Assembly: GCA_964270895.1 (NCBI GenBank)
Contig: OZ185435.1
Direction: 5' to 3' (one strand)
Source: Podarcis filfolensis
Taxonomy: Eukaryota
DNA: 64,000 bases
The position numbers and the translations under genes are program-made. The stretch's first letter is position 1. Each line of letters starts with the position of its first letter. Under the pieces are notes generated by a model. That model was not told the DNA's origin. It searched no databases and saw nothing but the letters and a program-made list of their open reading frames with translations. Shown in pieces: positions 35,999 through 48,018 of the stretch.

Positions 35999-38900
35999 AT
36001 ATGCAAGAAAATTCACATTTAAATATGCATTTTAAAATATATTTCCCCCTCAAAATATTCTAAGCCTATTTTCTATCAAAATATGCATTTTATATGTGTT
36101 TTGGTTTTTGAGCCAATAACTGCACCAGACCATTCAGAAAGTGCAAAAGCTGCCGGCTAGCTTAAGTTCCACCCTACACGTTAGTCTGGGAGGAGTGGAT
36201 CAAGACAGTTCATATTGGGCTTTGCAAATATTGAATTCCTCAAGTTCCAGCTCATCATTTTGGAATATCTGGTCAACATCATAAGCTAGTTTTACATCAG
36301 CAGAACCCTTTTGTCTGCAGTTAACCTAGGCAACAGGGAACTTTCCAGGTTTTTGTCAGCTGAGGGTTGCATTGAAATTCCTCACTCTGCCCTCTTCTGC
36401 TGTTCATCCGGTTGGGAGGAGGTGTTCTTCTTTACTTTTTCTCTAGTCTCAGTGGGACCACAGGATACAAAAACATGCCAGTATAGCAACCCCCACCAGT
36501 GCCTGGAGTGGTGGGGTGTGCGTGCGTGGGCCATGCCATGGGGTGGGGCATCCCAAGTGGGCAAGGCAAGCAGCACAGGGCATGCTGCCCCAGCGAATAT
36601 ATCCCTCCCAGCAGGGACGCACCTGGCATGTGCCAGTCCAGCGCTGTCGGGAGAAGTGTGGGGTGTGCCGCCAGGAGGGCACCTGGGAGCGACACCCGAG
36701 AGGACCATTTGTGAGCACTATGTAGAAAGCACTGCTCAGTCTCTGAATGTTGCGTAACTTCCTTGACCAAGGCTGTCATGAGAGCACTAGGTAGGTAAAT
36801 TATGTACAAATAGGGAATGGCCGCAATAATAAAATCATTTATGTTTGTTTCCCCTTCCTCAGGGGACAATCAGAAATGCCTGGTGTAGTCCTGATTTTAC
36901 CCTGTTCCCAAACACAAGTTATCTTGGCAGCAAAAAAAATCACAAGCAAGTGAGAACTACCTGTACTTAGTGATGGGTACATCTGCCTTTCTTCCAGCAG
37001 ACCATGCACAGGCTGTGCTGACACAAGAAAAGAGAGTTAATGTTGCCATTCCTCTCCCTTGTCCCAGGCAACCAGGCTGTGTGAGCAAGCCATTGCTCTT
37101 TTCAATAGAATGATACACAGTGCAATTAACTTCTCCAGTATGTGCTACATAGTTCTTCCCTTTTATATTTTCCTCTCCCTTCCCTTTCTGTTTTAAAAGA
37201 GGCTTGTCTTATTTATTGATTGAACAGAGAACTCGGGAGAGTTGAGTGCGAATGTCTGCTGCTCTGGCGTTGCAGTGTGAAGCCACAATTTGAGCTTCCC
37301 TGCCCTTTCCCCCTCCCCACCCCCCACATTTGAACCCTCCAGTCTTTGCCAGGTGAAGAGTCAACCTGATTGCTAAGCTGACTTTTTGCTGTGCTAAGCA
37401 CTTTGGCTGAAACCTGCACCCCTTGCTTAGGAGGAATTGAAATGGCATTAGGTGCTGCCAGTTGCTCTCAGGGCAGGCAGTTTTCCGCCCGATCGCCTTC
37501 AGAGCAGCACACAAGGAAATGGTGTTGTCTGCTGTGACTTCACGATCTAATAGTGTTTAGCACTCTGCTGCTGAGGGTTGTTGGTTTTTCACACCGAAGG
37601 TTATGCCTCATTCAAAAGGCACAAACTGGTCTTGACAGAAACCCCCTTGCTAAGGAGAGGGGGGGGGTTCTGTCCCACAGGCAGAAGCCCTTCGTGTGAA
37701 CAGGATGACGTCGTTGGATACAATCCTAAAGCCTTTGATCCTTCTAAGATAAATGATCAAGGAACCTAATGGAAGGGAAAGTCCCCATCCTTTTTTTCTC
37801 TGTCGTTTTCTCTGTGCCTCCTCTAAAAGCCCCTCTGGGAGGTTGGGAGGCCCTGCCGAACAATTTGGGATGGGGCTGCTGGAGGAGGGAGGAATTGCCG
37901 CAGAAGTTAGCTTAAGGGAGGAAACTTTACCAGCCTCTCTCCACCAGAGTCGCCACCCCCCTCCATCTCATCCCACATGGATCAGGAGACTTTGCAGAGG
38001 GGTAAGGGGAGAAGAGAGGCAGGAAACTCCTTCCATGAACTTGCTTAACTTAGAATCTACATCAAAGTCTTTTTCCCCCTTTTTCCTTTTCTTTTAAAAT
38101 TAATTGGTGCTTTTTTATGCAGTCTTCACAAGTTCCTTTCTACTAATGCCTTCTGCTTAAGGCTAATAGCAGAAGCTAGCCCTGGCTGTTGCACAATCCC
38201 AGCTGATGGTGTGTGTCTCTGCCCCCAGCTTTTTTCAAGCTGCACTGCAAGTGAAGTGTGTCTGGGCGCAGTGGTGCAATTCAGAGTTTATTAGGTAAAA
38301 AGAGCTTGCCATTTCAGAAGAGAGCACAGTGCTGGAATACTGGAGGTGGTGGCAGAGTTAAATAAAAGGAATTGCCATAAAATTTTATCAAAAGAGCTGC
38401 CCTTTGAAAATTAACTCCTTGATAATTAGCCGAATAGCCCTCTTAGGAATATTCTGCTTGGCTTTTTTGTTTTTTGCGAGCACAGTATGTCTTCTGGCCT
38501 TATTCACCAGCCCAGTTTAACATATCATTTAGTCTGTCAGTTGATGTGTGAGTTCTGAGGTTCCTTTAGCTCTCTTGCTTTACCAGTTCTGAAAGTTTAT
38601 CCAGGAAGGCTTTGGCTAGAACTGAGAACAACCACCCTGTATTACAGCTGTGAGCCATAGAGCCACAAAAGTGCCTCCCCTCATGTAACCGCAGCGCTGA
38701 TGTTTTCCCCATGAGCGCCATATCATTATAGCTAGGCTTGTGGAGTCTTTGGCCAGCTCTGTTTTTCTGTACTGTGACTCTGCCATATCAGGTGACTGTG
38801 TTTTCCCCTCTGCTTACTAGGATTGAGTGGGAAGACAGATGAAGAGATAGCGGCGGAGGGCAGCCCTTCTAATTTCTTGCACTTCTGTGCTCGCCTTGCT

Positions 38901-39884
38901 TCAGTTACCTAGTACGGATCTGTGCAAACAGACAGCCTCATCTAATAAACATGACATTAGAGGCAGCCAGCACTTAATTGATATGGCATTTCGTTCCTCC
39001 CAGACACCGATGATGTCGTTCCTGGCAGTCTTGTCGTTTTTTGCAGGAGGCGGGACTGCGCTTTGCCTTTCTGAGCACTTGTATCCCTGGAGAAATTATC
39101 CCTTGCTTTGCTTTCTGTTTGTTCAGAGGCTCAAATATTTTCAGACTAACCCTGGTGGCATATTTAGAAGTGGGTAAATGAGAGGCACCTGGAGATCTGT
39201 GAGCTGTGAGCTGCCAGGCCTGGGATGGCATGAGCTGCTTTTGACCTTTGCTCGGTTGAGATTAGGTGGTTGTCTAAGTGACACAGTTGGCACAGGGTTC
39301 TCTTTAAGGAAACAGAGGATGCTAATTCCCTCTGGAGCAGAGGCAAGACTGGGATGCTGGATAGAAATTTTATGCTGCTTCTGACAGTTGGAGCCTATGA
39401 CGGAAGGTCTCTGTGTAGAGCATATAATGGCCTTGATGTGGCTGCTACGCATTAGATATAGCTTTCCATTTCAGAAGCCTTATAACTGTTCGGCTCCAGA
39501 CTTGGCTTTTGAGAGAAGCCATATCGGTGCCTAATCCAAAACACAGTCATGATGCTCCAAAAAAGCCATGCATTCCTCTTGAAGAATTGAGATATTTAAA
39601 GCAGTGTTCTTCCTTCCTACCTTCTTCTTGGGTTTAATAGCATAGCAAGGCTGCAGGGGTCTTGGGCATACATATATCTTGCACCCAGAAACATAACCAA
39701 CCACACACACACACCCAATATGTGCTTCCTTCCTTCCTTCCTTGATAACTACACCTGACATTTGTGGGAAATCCTGGAGCCAAAAATCCAGTGCTGCTGC
39801 TATAACTATAGATGTGAATTTGCCCTTCACTAGTCACCCATCCTCTTTTACCCCTCTCTTCCTTCTCCTCTCTTCCCCCTTCAG

Positions 39885-40028
39885 ATGAATCCAGCCTGAA
39901 AATGAATGAGGTGGGGCATGTGCCTCAGTCCCTCGCCAGCCACTCTGGCAGCTACCTCTGGGGTGCGCAGAGAGATGAGCATGGAGCAGATATGCTGAAG
40001 CCTGACCCTCGGGACACTTTCTTCCTCA
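39885..40028 (+). CDS. B4GALNT4: B4GALNT4 exon ~10 ([20 protein letters not shown]...[13 protein letters not shown])
   Basis: ~44-nt pyrimidine tract + tcag, A|gtaagt donor, 144 nt. Confidence 0.95.
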
Positions 40029-40282
40029 GTAAGTGAGAAAGGGTCTTCCAGTGAAGTCTGTTTGCTTGCCATTGCAGTAGAGGAAGAGGAATGGAGGTGG
40101 GCAGGGAGGGAAGAATGAAGAGGCACTTGTGGCATTGCCTATATTAGCAGGGGCATGGGGGTTTCTGCTTATGTATGCATAAGTGGTCTCAGTTCGGGCA
40201 AGAGCTTTGGCATTGGGTCAAGATGCCTCCTTCTAGCTTTTGCTAACACTGCCCTCCCGTCCCACACTCTTAATGACAGCGA

Positions 40283-40770
40283 TGGACAACATGGTGTTGT
40301 TGGACTACAATGCCCCCCAGCCTAAGCCAAAAGGGCCAGTGACCATTCATTCATTCATTCATTTTAATTGTCTGCCACTTTCCCACTTGAAGCAGGTTAC
40401 AACAAAGAAACAGGGATGCATTTCAAAGAAATGCTACAAAACAATGTTATAATATTGTTGCAAAGCAATTGCATAGTAACAATTTCATCATAACAGAGGA
40501 AAACCAAAATATAACAACATACCAGAAAAATCACATTTCTATAAACGTAACAAAATTACTTAAACAACTTGCAGCACCAACCAGTAGCAGAAATAACAAG
40601 GGAGCTTCACAGTTTCACCTTACTCCTAGAAACACCTCTGCCATGATGTTGCTCACAATCCTTCTCCTGCAACAACACCTTCCAAGAACGAAGGGTGGAG
40701 TAGCTGGAAACGCCATGATGTTAGGGAATATGTTGGGGAGTTGTAGTCCAACAACATCTTCAGCATATTG
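40283..40770. mobile_element. Palindromic MITE split by an L2-like insertion (~40341-40700, - strand)
   Basis: Left arm gttgttggactacaa, right arm ttgtagtccaacaacatc; the insert begins with an (ATTC)n tail. Confidence 0.55.
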
Positions 40771-40772
40771 AC

Positions 40773-40834
40773 ATAGAATCAGAGAACTGTAGAGTTGCAA
40801 GGGACCCCGAAAGTCATCTAGTCCAACCCCCTAT
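40773..40834 (-). mobile_element. CR1 3' terminus
   Basis: catagaatc...gtagagttg.aagggacccc...gtcatctagtccaaccccct. Confidence 0.8.
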
Positions 40835-41802
40835 GTTGGCTCCCTTCGCTGTAAGGAGGGGGAATTGGTGGAGCTCAAGAAAGAGCATATTTGTTTGGAA
40901 GCAACCTACCCATGAAAGAAACACGTTTGGGGAGCACTGTATCCCCCTTACTGTGTTTTGATCCAGGATAGAAAGAGCAGGCATTCAGTGGAGAGCTAGT
41001 TAAATATCAGTGTCTGCAGCAATAGGATGAAGGAGGCATTCATACAGGATATTTATTGATCTGAAAGTATGAGACAAGATGATCACCTTTGCATTTGCCA
41101 AAAGTGAGACTTTTGTGATGGGGAAGGGAGTCAGTTTTTCCAGCAAGACTGGATTAATCCTGGTCTCAAAAGAAGGTATGTTGACAGAAGATGGTTCTTA
41201 GTCTCCAGGAATGTTGAGTAACACTATAATGACCTCTTGGGGAGATGGTGGCTCACAGTCTAGATCAAAAGCAGAAGACCTCCAAGATATAACAGTCATT
41301 GTGGATTAATTCAGCCCAGGCTATCTACAGTGTCTGTGCCTAGCAACATAAAATTCTGTGCTAGTGCTGAGAATGGATACTTTTAACAAGTATAAAATTA
41401 GGATTTTAAAAAATCATGCAAATTAGCTTATTTTTAATAATTTGTTCTACAAATTTTACTACTTAACATTAATTCTGATTTTCTAGCAGTGATGAGAATT
41501 GAGCTATGCAGGACACTGAACCGCCTCACACTCACACACACTCCTAGCAGAAATCTTAGGCCTATCTGCCTCATCCTTAAGCTTGTTCTGGACTCTTCCA
41601 CTAAAAAACAAATCAGGAGATCACACGAATGAATGTTACAAAAAACAAAACAAACCCTCTTCGTGGAATATTAGATGCCAGGGAGAAGAATGTCTGGTAT
41701 TTATGTAGCAGTCCAGAGAGTAACAGTCTAGGCAGGTGGACTCAGGAACCTCTGGGTTTGATCCTGTGGCTTCTTCCTCTTGCTTAACTGCCTTTATCTC
41801 AG

Positions 41803-41912
41803 CTCCCCAGATCGAGCCGTCCCACGTGGAGAATGTGCTGGTGCCCTGTGCTTACAGCCCCACGTACGTGGTGAAGGATTTCCCTATTGCCCGCTATCAG
41901 GGCCTGCAGTTT
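41803..41912 (+). CDS. B4GALNT4: B4GALNT4 exon ~11 ([37 protein letters not shown])
   Basis: tatctcag acceptor, TTT|gtaagt donor, 110 nt. Confidence 0.96.
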
Positions 41913-42589
41913 GTAAGTGTCCCCATATGGGCTTTATAGCCTAGCTTTCTCTCTGTCCATGGAGAAGCATCTCCACTACTTTTGCCATTGCTCATTCCTA
42001 TGCACCTGCAACACAGCACATTGCCCTGCAGTGGGGGGTGGGGGGCAGGCTATGCCTGCACTGCTCTGGGAACCAAATTCAAAAGACATTATTGCTGGGT
42101 CATTTTGGCCAGCGGTATTAGCAGATATTTTTTTTTAATAACAGGGACTGAACTGAAGCTGGTGCACCATAAAAGATGGGGAGTTGGGGGCAAGATAGAA
42201 GGATGGGGCAGGGACAAAGAAGGGAATGGGTAAATAACTGTGCTGGCTGCTACCTGAGCACTTGTAACCCGACCAAAAGCTTCTTTGATTCCTATCAAGC
42301 ACAGAATGCAGTGGTGGGAGCTTGATTCTGAATAAATAAAAAAACCACAAAGGCAGATTTCAGAATCTACGTCACAATGTACAGGCGTGTGTAATTCTCA
42401 CTGCTCCTGGGTCCAGCTGGTAGTGTTCGCACCCACGGCCTGCCGCCATGTGTTCTCTGGGATGGGCCCCAGGAGCAGCTTCTCCTTCCTGCCCAGTATA
42501 ATTCACCCCTTTCCTCCTCCTCCACCTGTAGGAAGTGGAAACATACCTACTTTGCTGTGACTCTTCTCACCAGGTTGCCCCTCCCACAG

Positions 42590-42690
42590 GTCTACCTCTC
42601 ATTTGTTTACCCCAATGATTTCACCCGGCTTACGCACATGGAGACGGAGAACAAATGCTTCTACAGGGAGTCTCCGCTCTACTTGGAAAA
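42590..42690 (+). CDS. B4GALNT4: B4GALNT4 exon ~12 ([34 protein letters not shown])
   Basis: cccacag acceptor, AA|gtaagt donor, 101 nt. Confidence 0.96.
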
Positions 42691-43551
42691 GTAAGTGTGA
42701 ACCAGGAAGGGCAGTAAGGAAGCTGACTGCCAAGAGCTATCAGAAACCCATCAGATGTACTTTGTTGGGGGTGGAGAGATTGCAGTCTCCTGGCAGATTA
42801 AGTGTAAAATGTGAAACCTAAGGTGCAGCAAACATGAATGTGGACCATGAGACCATAGACGGGTTGGTGGTGAATCTGGCCCTCTGTGAGTTGGTCACTG
42901 TTGTTTGCCATTGGGGCTGAGAAATTTTACAGGAACTACAAAGTAGTCAACCTAGGGAAGGAACTTTCTGTTGCGGCTCAATTGGAATTGGCAAGAGGGG
43001 AAGAGAACTCAGTTCACATTCATTGGCCCTCTTTCCCTGACTTCCATAACTGCTCTGAGTCATAATGGCATAATCCATTGATCTTGATGCTGTTCGGGAT
43101 ACTTCAAAGTCAAGTCTCTGGCTTTAGTGTTACTTCCCACCTTCCATTTTGTAATCTGTTTCAACTGCATGCAACTCTGTGGCAAACACGGCCAATTTGT
43201 GGCCTCTTCTACAAAGGGGCTCTGAAGCTCAGCTTCAAGAAGAGACTCTTGCCATCAATACTATGTATATGTCTGCCGCTGTCTACCTCCGTAAGAGACT
43301 GCTTCATGCATCTAACAGGGCCCCAAAAAGCTTATGCTACAATGCACTGGTAGTCTTCAAGGTGCCACCACACTCTGTTGTTTTTACCACAACTGACTAC
43401 AGTAGTATGTCCCTCTGGAATCTGCCTCTGTGAAAAAGTAGGCTGGGTGCCTATTACAAGGATTCCCTGCTAAGCAAAAGCCCCCAGGCTTATCCTTGAG
43501 CAACACAGGTGTGTGTGTGTGTTATCTGAGACTTGTTGCTTGGCCCTCCAG

Positions 43552-43646
43552 ATTTGGCTTTTACAAATACATGAAGATGGATGAAGAGGAAGAAGAGGAG
43601 GAGGAAGATCCACACCAGAGAGCCTTTCTCTTCCTGAATCCTGAGA
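43552..43646 (+). CDS. B4GALNT4: B4GALNT4 exon ~13 ([31 protein letters not shown])
   Basis: ccctccag acceptor, GA|gtaagt donor, 95 nt. Confidence 0.95.
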
Positions 43647-43769
43647 GTAAGTAGTCTTTGGGAAATACAGCTTCCTCCAATCAGGCAGGAACCACACTCT
43701 GATCTCTGTCCATTTTATGAGCAGCTTCTGAAGTGTGTGTGTGTGTTTATGTAAACAGAGGCTGGAATC

Positions 43770-43852
43770 CATCAGGGATTCTCTAGCTGTGATTTCTGCA
43801 TTGCAGGAATGACCCCCGGGTCCCTTGCAGCTCTACAATTCTGTGATTCTGT
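43770..43852 (+). mobile_element. CR1 3' terminus
   Basis: atgacccccgggtcccttgcagctctacaattctgtgattctgtg, octamer-type tail. Confidence 0.7.
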
Positions 43853-44080
43853 GTGTTTCACTGGTGTTAGAACAAGCAAGTCTGTTGTGCCATCCACTTA
43901 CAGGGATTGCATTCCCAGGCAGGTTGTGTCAAGGCAACAGATTGCTTGGTGAGGATGGGAGAGTAGCTGCAGGCAGCTATTCACCATCCTGGCTCCTGAA
44001 TGCATTTACAGAGATTCTTTATTTTTTGTTGCTTTGATTTCCCTTCTGGCTCCCATGCAAGAAAGCTGCCATGAGATATA

Positions 44081-44215
44081 CCATATTTTTTGTGTATAAG
44101 ACTATATTCCCCCCTATTTTTTCAAGTTTAAAATTGGGGGTCGTTTTATACGTCTTATAGTGCATATGGGGGATTTCTTTATTTGGAGTCCCATGTTACA
44201 CACGGAAAAATACAG
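44081..44215. mobile_element. Degraded Tc1/mariner (Tigger-like) MITE
   Basis: Ends TA|ccatattttttgtgtataag and ttacacacggaaaaatacag|TA are imperfect TIRs flanked by TA. Confidence 0.45.
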
Positions 44216-45226
44216 TACCTATTGTCAAAGTATGGAATTCTTGGGGTTTATGCCCTGGCTACCTCCATTAAAAGGGGCATGGACAAAGTCACTGCCACCA
44301 CTGAACACCTGGGAAGAAGAGTATCTGGTTCTTGCCATGTTCTGTGGGGAGCTTTCTGGTATCTTCAGCAGCTTCCTAATCTCTGCTGACAAAATGCCCC
44401 TCTCCCACCTCGACCTCTGCAGGCGACCTCTGCAATCCAGAGGCAAGCTGTCCAAGAGCCCATCTGTGCTGAGACCAAGCTTGTGAATACCTTGAAATAC
44501 AATCAGTACTCCCCTCCCACTCCAAATCTTGTTTGTAGCAGCAAGAATATTAGACCTTCGCCATCCCTTTGATATGCAGCCTTGACTCTCCTCAGTTAAT
44601 TTATGTGATTTTTACTACTTAGTATGGAGGAAATTCTCTCTCGATTCATCTGGTTGAAATGTACAAAGGATGAGGGCAGGGCTATGCCATCCAAATGCCT
44701 TGTTAAGTCCCAAAGAGACCCAAATTATGCATTTAAAATTAATTATTCAAATCCACATGGTGTGTACACATTTTCCCATTTTGCATGAAGTCATTTAGTT
44801 AATTTTGATCCTACAGACTGTGCTGACCAGCACCAGGGGTAGGGAAAGAAAGGTCATTAGGGATGTGTAGGCCAGAGAACATAACAGGAGGCCCTGAGGA
44901 AAGGGCAGCTAGACATGGAGGAACCATGCGTGCTCAGACAAAGCATCACACCCTCAATACTAAAGACATTCACAGACACAGCCTGCACTTTTCCCAATCT
45001 ATTTCAGGGTCTGACCTTATGCCATGGTGGTACACAGAGACTTTGCTTACCAGTACCCAATACTCACCCTCCCCTGCTTTCTGTTCCAGGCCTTCCCCCA
45101 ACCCCTTCCTTCCTCAGCTGCCTCTTGCCTTAGAGTCCTCCAAACCCTTCTTGCCTTCAAGTTTCCCCTGCACTTGGGCATGTTACCCATGAGACTTTAT
45201 CTGCTCTGCTGCTGGTTATTTTCTAG

Positions 45227-46377
45227 ATTTTCTTGAAGAGGAGGAAGAAGGAGCCGACAGTCCTGAGCCCACCGACCCACTCCCTGAGGACAAGGACAAG
45301 AGCCCGGGTGTTCTGGATCCAAATGTGTTCACAGGGCTTCAGAGGAAAGAGAAGCCCCTTGTCACAAAGGATTATGGGAATGATGTGGACTACTATGCCT
45401 TCAACCAGAAGCAAAGGAGTTTTAATGAAGAGGGGACCCTGACCGGGCAGCCTGTTTCCACAGGTACAAACACTGGACCAAGCCAGAGTCCTGTGACTCC
45501 GTCAAAGGCACCCCAGGCCTACAGGAAGGCAGCCCCTTTTGGGGAGCAGGTGGTTCTCTATGGCCGGTCCCTCAGCTGGGCGCAGAATCAGGAGGACGAA
45601 GAGGCCGGAAGGAAGGAGGGCGAGCTGGGGCTGCTGTTGCCACCTAAGCGAGGCAGCTCCCTCGGCCTCCAGCCTCGCCTCTCTGTGCCTTTCTTTGCTG
45701 GGAAGGCCAAACAGCAGAGCCCGAAGGAGGAGGGGCAGCCCAAGAAAGAGACCAAGAAGCCCCCAGACAAGGTGTACGTGACGCGGCTGCAGCCCAGCAA
45801 GAAGAAGGCCCCGTCCCAAAAGGAGGCTTTCCCCGGAGTCTTTCTCTACCCCAAACTGCCCAGGAAGGTGCACTTGAACTCCAGGCTCCCTCAGCGGCGG
45901 CCTGCTCCCTCCAGCAAGCTGCACACCATCGCTGGCCATAGGACCCCTTGGCTCACTGGCAATGCCTCCAAAGAAACAGACCCTTCTAAAAGGAAAAGCC
46001 AGCGGGCCAGCAGGAAATGGGAGCAGCTGTATGACCAAGAGGCCCCCAAGGCCCGAAGGAAGCAGAGAGTGCAGCCCAGTGCCTTGAGCCTGCCTGCAGA
46101 AGGGCTCTTCAGCCAAGAAACCTTTGAGGTCACCACTGCGGCGAGGACCACCCTGGATTACAATTCCTCTGAGGTGGTGCTGCCTGAAGGCGTGCGAGTG
46201 ACGTCCTTCCTGCGGATGTCTGAGATGACAGAGTCCCAGCAGGAGGAGGGCCCAGAGAAGGCCCTGGGGGAGGAGGCCGAGGAGGAGCTGTCCGATTACA
46301 GCTACGAGAACTCTGAGCTGCAGCAGAGCTGGCTGGAGGACTCCATCAACTGGCAGAGGACGTTCAGCGTCAGCCCT

Positions 46378-46409
<32 letters not shown>

Positions 46410-46511
46410 CGACCTCCGGTGCAACGTTTCGGGAAACCTGCAGCTGAGCGAGAGCGAGGTGGTGGACGTGGTGGCTCAGTATATGGAGAAGCTCAATGAG
46501 AAGAATGGCGG
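45227..46511 (+). CDS. B4GALNT4: B4GALNT4 exon ~14, large low-complexity linker plus start of the catalytic domain
   Basis: ttctag acceptor, GG|gtagga donor, 1285 nt open in frame (ORF track 45325..46515). Conserved islands: RSLSWA, KVYVTRLQP, FPGVFLYP, VTSFL, WQRTFSV...DWNDLRCNVSGNLQL. Confidence 0.95.
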
Positions 46512-47261
46512 GTAGGAAGGGAGAACTGGGGTGTGGAGGGGACAGTGTCTATACAATAGGCAAGGGCTGAAATGCGGACCCCACGCCCACCCCTTCCACT
46601 CAGGAGACATACAGAGAGTAAAAGAGCTTACCCTTTGGGAAGGTGTTGCATTCACTTAGGACAGCTGGAAGCTCTCCTCTGATCAGTGGGCAAGGGGGTA
46701 AATCAGCAGATATAACTGAATTGAATAGTAACTGAGGCCTAACACTACCCCTGGGAAACGGAGGGGCAGATGAACTCTTGGGGTAATTGTGACAAAACAG
46801 ATAACGTTTGCACAGAAGGACTCTGAGAAATCAGGCTTCTACTTAGTCTTTCTGCTTGCTGTAAAGCAGAAATCGGCCTCTAGTTCGATCCAGCCAGAAC
46901 TACTACTTCTGAACTACCAGCAGATTCTCCTAAGTCCCACTTCTCACAAACCTATGCCCTTGTTCCTCCTACCTCTGTTAAGTTGTGAGGCACACAAACA
47001 GCCTGCTGCTTTATTGAAGGCCCCCCCATTTATGGAAATGCCTAAAGAATCCCCCTGTGAGAGAGCTGTGGAACTCCTGCTTTCATAGACCCTGTTTCTG
47101 CTGATTAGGCCTGTTTGGAGCAGGGCTAGCCTACGCAAAAAGATTATTGTTCCTGTATTCCCTGTAGCTGCTAGGGGAGCATTCTGTGTGCATCGGGGTG
47201 TCTCCTAATCTGACCCTACAGAACCTAAAACAAGGAGAAGCGTTCCTGGAGTGGGGAAGGG

Positions 47262-47420
47262 CCCCAGTGAGAGCACATACCGTGCACGCAGTACCTCAGG
47301 TTCAGTCCCTGGTGTCTCCCATTCAAAGTGGCAGTTCAGGGAGCAGATGATGGGAAAAGACCCTTCCCTGCCTGAAACCCTAGAGAGCCACAGCCAGTCA
47401 AGACTAGACAGTTGGTGTGA
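47262..47420 (+). mobile_element. tRNA-derived SINE, degraded
   Basis: caggttcagtccctgg..tctcc...gggaaaagaccct..cctgcctgaaaccctagagagcc..agccagtca. Confidence 0.6.
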
Positions 47421-47521
47421 ACATAACCTGACCAGGCTCATATCACCACACCATACATTCAGACCACATGGCTTTCCCCAAAGAATCCTGGGAACTGTAG
47501 TTTGCTAAGGCTAGCTCTGTG

Positions 47522-47580
47522 AGGCTGGGGAAACCCAGGCAGATCGGGGGGGGTATAAATAATAAAATTATTGTTGTTGT
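47522..47580 (+). mobile_element. L2-type 3' tail
   Basis: ggctggggaaacccaggcagat...ggtataaataataaaattattgttg; same family as 1611-1822. Confidence 0.65.
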
Positions 47581-47704
47581 ATGGGGGATCCCATATACTT
47601 TAAATGTACGGTCTGAATGTGATCCTGGTGCAAGGTAGCTTCTTGCGATGAGGGTATTTGGTCTAGGCCGGGACTGCGTCAGCTTTCCATTCTCCCACTC
47701 ACAG

Positions 47705-48018
47705 CATCTACACCCTCTTGAGGATCATCAATGTGGAGAAGAGGCGAGACACGGCCCGGGGCAACCGATACCTGATGGAGCTGGAGCTGATGGAGAGAGG
47801 CCAGAGGACTGTGCGGCTCTCAGAGTACATCTATGTCCTGCTGCACCAGGGAAAATCAGAGGACAGCACTGAAGTGAACCCTGAGGGGCCTGCGACGGTG
47901 TCCACTGAATCTCAGCCATCACCTAGTGCCTGGAGCCTGCTCTATGGGAAGCCCATCCTGTGCCGACCTCTGCGGCTTAGCTGGAGGCACAATGTTATGG
48001 TGCATTTTGTGGTGCCAG
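47705..48018 (+). CDS. B4GALNT4: B4GALNT4 exon ~15 (IYTLLRIINVEKRRDTARGNRYLMELEL...VMVHFVVP)
   Basis: ctcacag acceptor, CCAG|gtaagg donor, 314 nt. Confidence 0.96.

Noticed and set aside
42574-42589. Extra AGs near the exon 12 (-16 nt) and exon 11 (+8 nt) acceptors
   Set aside because: Out of frame, unlike the exon 8 case; no reason to think they are used.
45502-46116. 204-aa antisense ORF over exon 14
   Set aside because: Shadow ORF of a GC-rich coding exon; Leu/Gly/Pro-rich, with no recognisable domain or splice context.
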